Origin: Chloroflexota bacterium
GTDB taxonomy: Bacteria; Chloroflexota; UBA11872; VXOZ01
Length of the DNA: 64,000 nucleotides
Assembly (NCBI GenBank): GCA_963663275.1
Contig: OY760183.1
Location: 1,824,001 to 1,888,000, forward strand
Reading direction: 5' to 3'
Numbering within the stretch: the first letter of the stretch is position 1; each line of letters starts with the position of its first letter. A model generated the notes under the pieces. The model saw nothing but the letters and a program-made list of their open reading frames with translations. It ran no database searches and was not told the origin of the DNA. The position numbers were made by a program, and so were the translations under genes. Below are positions 56,444-64,000 of this stretch, one piece after another.

Positions 56444-57352
56444 TCATCCCACCTCGGCGAGAAACTCCCGATACAACGCCAGCGGCTGCGACATGGCGTC
56501 GTCCAGCGGCGTGATTGCCAGCCGCGCGTGGGCCGTGCGCACCGTGCCCGGCACGAAGTCGCTGCCAAACAGTGATAGATAAAGCGGGTTCTGCGCCTTC
56601 CAGGCGTCTTCCGGGTCGTCGGTGTTGTAGCCGCTGGTCACGGCAAAGCAGTCCTCGGGCCGCGACATCAGCACCGCCGCCACCCGCCGCTCCATATCGG
56701 CCTGGAACGCCACGGGCACGGCGTACTCGCGCTGGGGACGAAACTGCGCCGTGGGGTGCCCCATCTCCTTGCGTTCCCAGCGGCCGTCCACGCAGCGCCG
56801 CGCCGCGTGCGCGTCCCGCGTGTAGACCAACCCCATGCCTTTGAAGACCGGGTTCTCCTGGGGCGCGACCAGTTCTTCTTCTCCGGGTTCTCTTGTGTAG
56901 CGCTCCGTTGCCAGATAGACGTGCGCCAGCAGCGGCGGATCGAAGTAGTTGGAAAGGAAGATCTCGTAGCTCTCATACGTCGCCTCGGCGCGCACCGTAA
57001 TCGTCAGGTCGATGAGGTTCGGCTCCTTGACCTGATAGACCGCCTCGATGCCCGCAAAGTGCTCGTCGGCCGGCCCCCAGTTGAGCGTCAGCGTATCGCC
57101 GTCCACGCTCACCGTGCGCTCGAACAGGCGCGGTTCGCCCAGACCCGAATGGGTCGCGAACAGCCGAAAGAGATTGAGCGCCGAATACTTGGGATGAATG
57201 ATGGAAACCCCGCTCGGCTTGTGCACGAGGTCGCTGATCCCATGCCGGATGTCCACCTGCGGGTCCGGCGACTGCGCCCGCAACGCGCCTTTCAATTCAG
57301 AAGTCTCGAAGGTGTAGACACTGTTCTCGGTGTCGTAACTCAGAGATGCCAT
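56444..57352 (-). CDS. Hypothetical protein (302 aa); paralog of 6977-7903
   Basis: RBS GAGGA; shared motif blocks with 6977-7903. Confidence 0.8.
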   Translation of the reverse strand: MASLSYDTENSVYTFETSELKGALRAQSPDPQVDIRHGISDLVHKPSGVSIIHPKYSALNLFRLFATHSGLGEPRLFERTVSVDGDTLTLNWGPADEHFAGIEAVYQVKEPNLIDLTITVRAEATYESYEIFLSNYFDPPLLAHVYLATERYTREPGEEELVAPQENPVFKGMGLVYTRDAHAARRCVDGRWERKEMGHPTAQFRPQREYAVPVAFQADMERRVAAVLMSRPEDCFAVTSGYNTDDPEDAWKAQNPLYLSLFGSDFVPGTVRTAHARLAITPLDDAMSQPLALYREFLAEVG

Positions 57353-57902
57353 TGTGGACTATCCTCATTTCCTAATTGTTGATCAATCGGATAGGGTGCC
57401 ATAGCCCCTCTAGAGGCAGATAAGACTCATGGCGAAACTAGAGTTCCCATTGCGCAAATGACTCACACTTAGCTCAGTGCAGTATAGCCTAAATCTGAAA
57501 CAGCGCGACGACTAAGAAAACTTCCAGATGCGTAACCGTATGTGTACGTTGAGCATTGCTGGAACTCTCTCAAGTCAGGATGTTTGCATTCCGATGACGG
57601 CAATGGGTTTTATCCTTGACGAGTTCAATACTCTAGAACTTCGGCCACGAAATTGTCAAGCGAATCGTATTCAAGTCTAGTTATAGCCTTGGATGGAAGT
57701 CTGTAGCCATTCTCCGCCTGACTTGCTGGCCAAACGCACGCCTGCTGCTTCGATTGCCCTCAACCGATACGGCTCATCCAATGAATGATCGGGTAAATGA
57801 CTGCACTGAACGGCCCGGATTAGACACTTGATGTTGCAGGCGTCATCTCTAAGCAGAATCCCACATCTCCAGGGTCGCTGAGATAGATCCAGCATTGAGT
57901 TC

Positions 57903-60623
57903 TCAAATCCAATGCAAGTCTTCCAAGTCGCTAACCAACCAGTCGTGTGCGAGTTTGGTGGCCGGCCGAGGTTCGCTGCCCGGCAGGACCTGTTTGCTTT
58001 CCCAAAACCTTCCAATGTGAGAAAGAAATTCGTCTCGGGCCGCCTCTAGCTTTCTCTCAGTTTCTGGCCCATGAACCTGGTTGTCAGGTCCAAGCTCAAA
58101 ATTCACTCCGGATTCGCCGTTGTCGTGCACGAGGCTAGGCCACCACAAAAGCGTCGCACTGCTCCTCTGAACCCCGTCGGGAGGGATATTCAAGCTCAGC
58201 ACGCCCTCGAGCCTTAGAGGTAGCATGTAGCTCATTTGATGTCGTCTGTTGAATGCAGGGAACCACTGTTCGACGATGTCGTTGTAAATCCTCAGGGCTC
58301 CGCCAAAGATTGCCTCGGTTCGCTCTAGCAGTTGTCTCTCGCTGTAGAGCTCATACCAAAAGACGGCTGTTCTGCCTTCAGGCCACAGCTTGTCTTGCCC
58401 TGGCCATGGGTCCAATGTGTTGTCGCCTATGCTACTTTGCAAACCTAGAAGCCGCTTTCGGACCCGCTCCAAATCCTTAAGCGTGTGCCTGTGTTGTCCG
58501 ACAGTGATCGAGGAACCTAGCCCTCGACCAAGCTTTGTAATCCAACTATCGATCCAGTCGATGAGATCGCTAATCCTGGGAACTTTGGACTTAGAGTGCA
58601 GATCGTACCTTGTAGACTTAGCCAATTCGCATGCAAATTCCCGAAACCAAATTTCCGATTCGAGTGTGAGACTGTATGTATCCAGCAGCTTTGAAAGTGA
58701 AGAAGATAGCTCCTCCTTAGATACAGTCCATGGCCAGACTCTTGTGTGTTCGATGACCGTGCTCCGCCATCGGATCCAGTCCTTGCTGTGCTTGTATGAA
58801 CGTGGTTCTAATCCCAGCGGCATGTCGACTACTGGGGCCATTTGTTCCTTTCCCACGTACCAGCATGTCTCCACCATTCGCTGTCCCTTGGCGACCGCTA
58901 GAGTAGGAATGTCGCCATCTCGGGACAGAGGCCCCACTGCTCTCATCAATGGGCCAAGCCCGTCTTTCCAGTTGACCATCGCCTGGCGATATTTCGTCCC
59001 AATCTCTATTGCCGTACCTTCCGGTAGCTGCTCAGGAGTTTCTTCCGCAGACCAGTTGTGCTTGACTTCTTCCAGTACCAAGCCTGAGATGCCTGGGTCT
59101 TTACTTGAGATGGTCTCCATGATCTCAGCACCGAGGCTTTCATTCTCTGAGTTGATGGCAATCGCGAGAGGCACTACCCATCTATCAGTGTCAAATTCAA
59201 TATCTGACAGTGGAACCATTCCCTCCACAATCGCCCTAGCTGCAAACCACTCTCTGAAAATCGCAAGTGCAAAATCGACCTTATCGTCTTTCTCAACCAC
59301 TAGGCGCGATCTAGCTAGGAGAGCATGCACCGAAGCTCTACGATTTACGGTGGCTTTACTGACACTCTCGCCGGAGTTGGTGCACTCGACTGCGAGTTTC
59401 TTTAGAGGCTCTGCCACTTCTTCTGAAAAGTCCTCGGCTTCCGCCAATATCTCTTGAACCAAATGACTGATAATCTGACTAGGAGAATTCCCCAGTGGGT
59501 TTCTTGACTCTCTGAAGTGTGTGCCAACTATCACCGCGAAGAGCGGATTCTTTGTCCTGGAAACCTGATAGGGAATCTCGTAGCCTCTAATGGCTCGACC
59601 TGCTACTCTTGATGCAATAGAGAGAAACTGCTCGTCGCTGCAATCTGGCAAGGCTTTCGATCCGTCCAGGAATTTCAGCCCAGGCAGCACCCTTGTCATC
59701 ACAACTGCGGTAACATCCGGAGTAGCTTCAGTAATTGATGCGACTTTGCCAAGCATTTGGTTGGCATCGCTTTTACCCAACTCATCAAGGCCATCGACGA
59801 TAACCAAGATTCGTTGCGTGTACAAGTTTCCTTGGTCCCCTATAGCATTCTTGATGTGGCCCTCTAGTTCCCCGCTGACACATCTTGCGTCTAGGAACAC
59901 CGGGAGAGGGTCAACGCGGTTTTGAAGCCTATTCTTGATGGCGCGTTGGTACAACCTCTGTGCCGCCAATGTCTTACCGGAACCCTGGGTGGCATGAACC
60001 TGTAGGACTCCACTAGTGGGAAGATCCAGCACATATCCAACCGACTGGTCATTGGCCAGTTTCTTTGCGAGGTCATCGCCTACGCCCAAAGTTGTCCAGA
60101 GACGTTTGGTTTCGGCGATGCTGTCACGATATTTCTGACTTAGGTATTGGTCGTGGTTCATTGGCGCCGGATCTTTTGCAGCCCTCAGTAATTCGTCAGT
60201 CAGAGCATTCTCGATATGCTCGGGCAGCGTCTCGACGTTCTCCACCTCGCGCCATGTTGAGATGCCCTTGATTCTCTCAATCAACTCCTGCGTCTGTGAA
60301 TCTCTTTCTTGTGCTGGAAGCATGAATGGAATTAGCCTGCCATCTGCATCAAGACAGGCCACTACCTCTTCGAAGACTGGCGTGGTTGTCGAAGATCCTA
60401 TGAGCCAAATCACAAAGTCTGCTCGACTCGCCTCCTTGAGATATCTATCGCGCGCAGCTTCTGAACCGGCGGGAGCATCTTCGAAGGCCCATACCCGCGT
60501 CAATGAGTAGTTGTCCACAGTCTCTATCGCCAGTTCTCTGGCTCGGCACACTTCCTCATCCTGTCGGCTACTGATAAACACGAGGAGTTTTTCTTCGCTG
60601 GCTCTAATTGTCTCTTTGGTCAT
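57903..60623 (-). CDS. DUF4062/TIR-like domain + NACHT-like P-loop NTPase + long unknown C-terminus
   Basis: VFISS..., ADFVIWLIG, FEEV; Walker A ATQGSGKT; PLPVFL; Walker B ILVIVDGLDE; NPLF; visibly lower GC than neighbours. Confidence 0.75.
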   Translation of the reverse strand: MTKETIRASEEKLLVFISSRQDEEVCRARELAIETVDNYSLTRVWAFEDAPAGSEAARDRYLKEASRADFVIWLIGSSTTTPVFEEVVACLDADGRLIPFMLPAQERDSQTQELIERIKGISTWREVENVETLPEHIENALTDELLRAAKDPAPMNHDQYLSQKYRDSIAETKRLWTTLGVGDDLAKKLANDQSVGYVLDLPTSGVLQVHATQGSGKTLAAQRLYQRAIKNRLQNRVDPLPVFLDARCVSGELEGHIKNAIGDQGNLYTQRILVIVDGLDELGKSDANQMLGKVASITEATPDVTAVVMTRVLPGLKFLDGSKALPDCSDEQFLSIASRVAGRAIRGYEIPYQVSRTKNPLFAVIVGTHFRESRNPLGNSPSQIISHLVQEILAEAEDFSEEVAEPLKKLAVECTNSGESVSKATVNRRASVHALLARSRLVVEKDDKVDFALAIFREWFAARAIVEGMVPLSDIEFDTDRWVVPLAIAINSENESLGAEIMETISSKDPGISGLVLEEVKHNWSAEETPEQLPEGTAIEIGTKYRQAMVNWKDGLGPLMRAVGPLSRDGDIPTLAVAKGQRMVETCWYVGKEQMAPVVDMPLGLEPRSYKHSKDWIRWRSTVIEHTRVWPWTVSKEELSSSLSKLLDTYSLTLESEIWFREFACELAKSTRYDLHSKSKVPRISDLIDWIDSWITKLGRGLGSSITVGQHRHTLKDLERVRKRLLGLQSSIGDNTLDPWPGQDKLWPEGRTAVFWYELYSERQLLERTEAIFGGALRIYNDIVEQWFPAFNRRHQMSYMLPLRLEGVLSLNIPPDGVQRSSATLLWWPSLVHDNGESGVNFELGPDNQVHGPETERKLEAARDEFLSHIGRFWESKQVLPGSEPRPATKLAHDWLVSDLEDLHWI

Positions 60624-60800
60624 GTTCTTTACCTGAGATCGCTAAGTACAGTGACTTGGGGTTGTAAGACTACCCGTCTTGCTAGGTATTCAAACTCGTC
60701 TCCAGCAGCGTATAGCACTACTGCCCCTCATCTGCTATTGTACGCGTGCATATTCCTGATGGGAATCTCAATTATCCAAGTGCGGTGCCATCTGAATACT

Positions 60801-61529
60801 ATGGACAATCTACCCAAAGCACTTCTTCTCGATCTCGACGACACCATCCTGGACTGGTACACCAGCCCCGATGCGGCGTGGCTTCAGCTCTGCCGCGAGT
60901 TTGCCGGCAGTCTGGGAGTCGTGACTGTAGGGGAACTCCAGCGTGCCGTCCTGCAAGCCCGGGATTGGTATTGGAGCGACATGGAGCGTGCGCGCCTGGG
61001 TCGTCTTAACATGGTGCAAGCCAGGCGAGACATCTTGCTGAGGGCATTTGACCAATTCAACATTCCCGATTCGCCGCTCGTCACCCGCATGGGTGAGCGG
61101 TACAATCAAATCAGGGATGAGGCGATGCGACCGTTTCCCGGCGCCATCGAGACGCTGCAGCGGCTGCAGACGACAGACATTCGCTTGGGTCTGCTCACAA
61201 ACGGCAGCGCCGAGATGCAGCGCGCGAAGATCGAGCGGTTCTGCCTGGCAGAATACTTCGACCACATTCAGGTCGAGGGCGAGTTCGGGATCGGCAAGCC
61301 GGACGAGCGAGCGTTCCGGCACGCCCTCGAATCTTTAGGCGTGGAGTCTACCGAAGCCTGGATGGTCGGGGATAACCTGGATTTCGATATTCGCGGCGCG
61401 CAGCAGGTGGGCATCTATGCCATTTGGGTAGACACACAAGGTACCGGGTTGCCGGACGGGACTACGGTCCGCCCGGACATGACAATTGGGGCGGTGTCAG
61501 ACCTTGTCAAATCGAAAATACGAGACTGA
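60801..61529 (+). CDS. HAD-superfamily hydrolase
   Basis: LDLDDT, LLTNG, GKPD, MVGDNLDFDIRGA. Confidence 0.9.
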   Translation: MDNLPKALLLDLDDTILDWYTSPDAAWLQLCREFAGSLGVVTVGELQRAVLQARDWYWSDMERARLGRLNMVQARRDILLRAFDQFNIPDSPLVTRMGERYNQIRDEAMRPFPGAIETLQRLQTTDIRLGLLTNGSAEMQRAKIERFCLAEYFDHIQVEGEFGIGKPDERAFRHALESLGVESTEAWMVGDNLDFDIRGAQQVGIYAIWVDTQGTGLPDGTTVRPDMTIGAVSDLVKSKIRD

Positions 61530-61634
61530 AACGCTGTTCTGAACATCGCCAGGCCAGTACACTCATAGCGGAGTGACCGACGAAAGAGCCGATTGTACCG
61601 GTCAAACTCGCACACCCCCAAGGAGCAATAGACC

Positions 61635-62525
61635 ATGCAACAGCGAGAAGTGCGTTGGGAATTGATGTTCCCGGATGAGTTGAATGCGGCGCTGGCGGCG
61701 TTTCCGGTGGTGTACATGCCCTATGGGTTGTGCGAGCCGCATGGGCCGCAGAACGTATTGGGGTGTGACGCCTTGCGGCCGGCGGGGCACATGCGCCAGG
61801 CGGCGGAGGAGTACGGCGGGATCGTGATGCCGGCCTCGTACTGGCACAATCACGAGGCGGGGACGTCCGCCAATTGGGGGCATCGCACCATCGGCAACAA
61901 CCGCACGTGGCTCACGTCGGTGCCGCCGTGGATGTTCTTCAAGAACATGAGCTACCACATCCGCGCCGTGGACGTGCTGGGGTTTCACGGCGCCATCATC
62001 TTCTCCGGCCACGCCGGCCCGCACAGCCCGGACATTCCGGTGTTCGTCGAGATCATGCAGCGGCACGTGGCCACGCGGCTGCACGTGTTCCACATCGGCA
62101 TGGGCACTGAGGAATCGCGCTTCGCGGACGACAAGGGCCTGGGCGGCCACGCCGGCCGCGGCGAAACGTCGCTGCTGTGGTCGGTGACGCCGGGCGGCGT
62201 GGACCTTTCCCGTCTGCCGCCCACGGACGCGCCCGGCCCGCACTTTGCCATGGGCGCCGACGCTTACGAGTCCGATCGCCGCGCCGGCGAACGGATGCAC
62301 GCCGACATCGTGGCCGCCCTGGGCGCCGCCGCAAAAGCACTGCTGGCGGAATACGACCGGCTGCAACCCACGCGCAAGCCGCTGACGTTTGCCGACGTGG
62401 AGGACATCTGGGAAGCCGACGTGCGCCCGGCGCTCAAGAACTTCAACTCGATGCAGCAGGCCCCGGAGCCGCCGCCGGCAGACTCGCTCTGGCACGCCAA
62501 CTGCCATATCCCGGACCGGGGCTAG
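61635..62525 (+). CDS. Creatininase/amide hydrolase family protein
   Basis: RBS AAGGAG; PYGLCEPHGP...GCD, SGHAG, GGHAGRGETS. Confidence 0.85.
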   Translation: MQQREVRWELMFPDELNAALAAFPVVYMPYGLCEPHGPQNVLGCDALRPAGHMRQAAEEYGGIVMPASYWHNHEAGTSANWGHRTIGNNRTWLTSVPPWMFFKNMSYHIRAVDVLGFHGAIIFSGHAGPHSPDIPVFVEIMQRHVATRLHVFHIGMGTEESRFADDKGLGGHAGRGETSLLWSVTPGGVDLSRLPPTDAPGPHFAMGADAYESDRRAGERMHADIVAALGAAAKALLAEYDRLQPTRKPLTFADVEDIWEADVRPALKNFNSMQQAPEPPPADSLWHANCHIPDRG

Positions 62526-62630
62526 GGCCGGCGCGACGCGCCATATTCGCACAGCCTCGCTGAAGATACGTTGACGAATACCCTATAGGGCGTTGGCGGG
62601 CGTTCGCCATTAGCATGACCGCGGCGTACT

Positions 62631-63521
62631 ATGTCTATGGAGTCTCACCGCAACACGGCGCGCGTCATGTTGAACACGCTCATCGGAACTGCGCGGAACA
62701 TGGGCACAGGAATTCTCGTTGTCGTTGCTATCCTGATTGGCCTTGTCGTGCTGGCGCGCGTCTTGAGGCTGGAAGACGCCTTCCTCTACTTTCCCACACG
62801 CGAGACCTACATGACGCCCGATGAGATGGGGCTTGCCTATGAGGACGTGAAGTTCGGAGAAGAGGGGCGCTTGCACGGCTGGTTCGTGCCCGGCCGCACC
62901 GACGTGATTGTTCTCTGGTGCCACGGCAACGCCGGCAATTTGTCGGTGCCGGGACGGATAGAGTACATGAAACTGCTGCACGACCGTCTGGGCGTGGGGT
63001 TCTTCATCTTCGACTACCGGGGGTACGGGCAGAGTTCCGGCAAGCCGTCTGAGGAGGGTCTCTACCAGGACGCGCGGGACGCGCTGTCCTATTTGCAGAG
63101 CCGCGACGACGTGAATCCCGACCGCATCGTCTACTACGGCAAGTCGCTGGGCGGCGCGGTGGCGTCCCACCTGGCGACCGAAGAAGCGCCCTATCGGCTG
63201 ATCCTGGAGTCCACGTTCACCTCCACGCCGGACATGGCGCGGGTGATATTTCCGTTTCTGCCGCTGGGACCGTTGCTCTATACGCGCTACAGCAACCGCG
63301 AAAACCTAGCGGGCATCCACGCGCCCGTGCTCATCATCCACGGCGACCGCGACGAGAAAGTGCCGGCGGAACACGCGGACATCCTCTACGACGCCGCCAA
63401 CGAACCGAAACGGCGCTACATCGTCCCCCGCGCCCGGCACGACGACGTATTCTACGCCGGCGGCGAACGCTACCTGGAAGTGCTCGCGGAGTTTCTCGAT
63501 CTGCCGCTGGCGCCGGCATAA
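62631..63521 (+). CDS. Alpha/beta hydrolase with N-terminal TM helix (start may be 62700)
   Basis: HGNAG, DYRGYG, GKSLGG nucleophile elbow, HGDRDE, catalytic H. Confidence 0.88.
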   Translation: MSMESHRNTARVMLNTLIGTARNMGTGILVVVAILIGLVVLARVLRLEDAFLYFPTRETYMTPDEMGLAYEDVKFGEEGRLHGWFVPGRTDVIVLWCHGNAGNLSVPGRIEYMKLLHDRLGVGFFIFDYRGYGQSSGKPSEEGLYQDARDALSYLQSRDDVNPDRIVYYGKSLGGAVASHLATEEAPYRLILESTFTSTPDMARVIFPFLPLGPLLYTRYSNRENLAGIHAPVLIIHGDRDEKVPAEHADILYDAANEPKRRYIVPRARHDDVFYAGGERYLEVLAEFLDLPLAPA

Positions 63522-63554
63522 ATGCAGTGTGGCAGAAGCGCATCGAAAGGCGCC

Positions 63555-64000
63555 CTACTCCTCCCACAACTCCACGTCCGCGTACCAGGCGGTGACCGTG
63601 CCGCCGCTGCCGTCGTGGTGGCGGCTGACGGGCCGGCCGACGATTTCGCCAGGTTGCGCGGCAATGGGCCGGCTGAACATGGGGCCGGCCACGACGCAGG
63701 TGTGAAACTCGCCGTTCTCGCCGAGCGGGTCGGTGCCATCAGGCAAGTCGTCCAGGAACGACTGATCGAACCAGCGGCCGGCAAAGCTGCGGTCGAGCTT
63801 GGACGTTGGGCTTACCGCTGTGACGATGGCCTTCAGTCCGGCGCGCAGCATGGTCTGCGCCAACTCCGCCGTGGGCAGGCCCCAGACCGGGAAGATGGGG
63901 TCAAAACCTGTGCCCACCAGCTTCGATTCGCGGTACGCTCGGATGTCCTCGAGAAACAGATCGCCAAAGGCAACGGTCTTGGCCGTCAACTCCGGCGGCA
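63555..64000 (-). CDS. Diphthamide synthase-like ATP pyrophosphatase domain protein (5' end beyond the window)
   Basis: AFGDLFLEDIRAYRE, FPVW, DPLGENGEFHT..V.AGPMF. Confidence 0.85.
   Translation of the reverse strand, partial: PPELTAKTVAFGDLFLEDIRAYRESKLVGTGFDPIFPVWGLPTAELAQTMLRAGLKAIVTAVSPTSKLDRSFAGRWFDQSFLDDLPDGTDPLGENGEFHTCVVAGPMFSRPIAAQPGEIVGRPVSRHHDGSGGTVTAWYADVELWEE

Noticed and set aside
57353-57902. Possible partner gene downstream of the NTPase (57677-58015 ORF)
   Set aside because: It overlaps the NTPase end and has no RBS or motif; likely non-coding or decayed

Overview
GC-rich bacterial chromosomal window. Gene content (Tat-lipoprotein solute-binding proteins, many Gfo/Idh/MocA oxidoreductases and enolase-superfamily enzymes, a PaREP1-like protein, PD40+plant-type-LRR proteins) suggests a Chloroflexota-like and possibly sponge- or host-associated organism; this is inference only. 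Core genes: trxB, clpP-clpX, DinG-family helicase, parvulin PPIase, tRNA-Leu(TAA)-rpsF-ssb-rpsR, pyrE. They are interleaved with carbohydrate/organic-acid catabolic genes. Best leads: (1) an uncharacterised two-gene module (~300-aa orphan protein + atypical 'EIP' Gfo/Idh/MocA) present twice, ~49 kb apart; (2) a lower-GC DUF4062/TIR-like + NACHT-like NTPase, a candidate immune sensor; (3) a histidine pseudokinase translationally coupled to an HtrA protease with no response regulator beside it; (4) a pair of beta-propeller-LRR exported proteins around a truncated gene; (5) a DUF5678-like + retropepsin pair next to the tRNA; (6) at least seven palindromic repeat families, with MITEs that appear to target one family, one repeat in-frame inside an ABC transporter, and ~230-bp direct repeats bracketing a mosaic secreted-protein gene. 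No CRISPR array, rRNA, integrase or transposase was seen. All family calls come from motif recognition by eye, not database searches.
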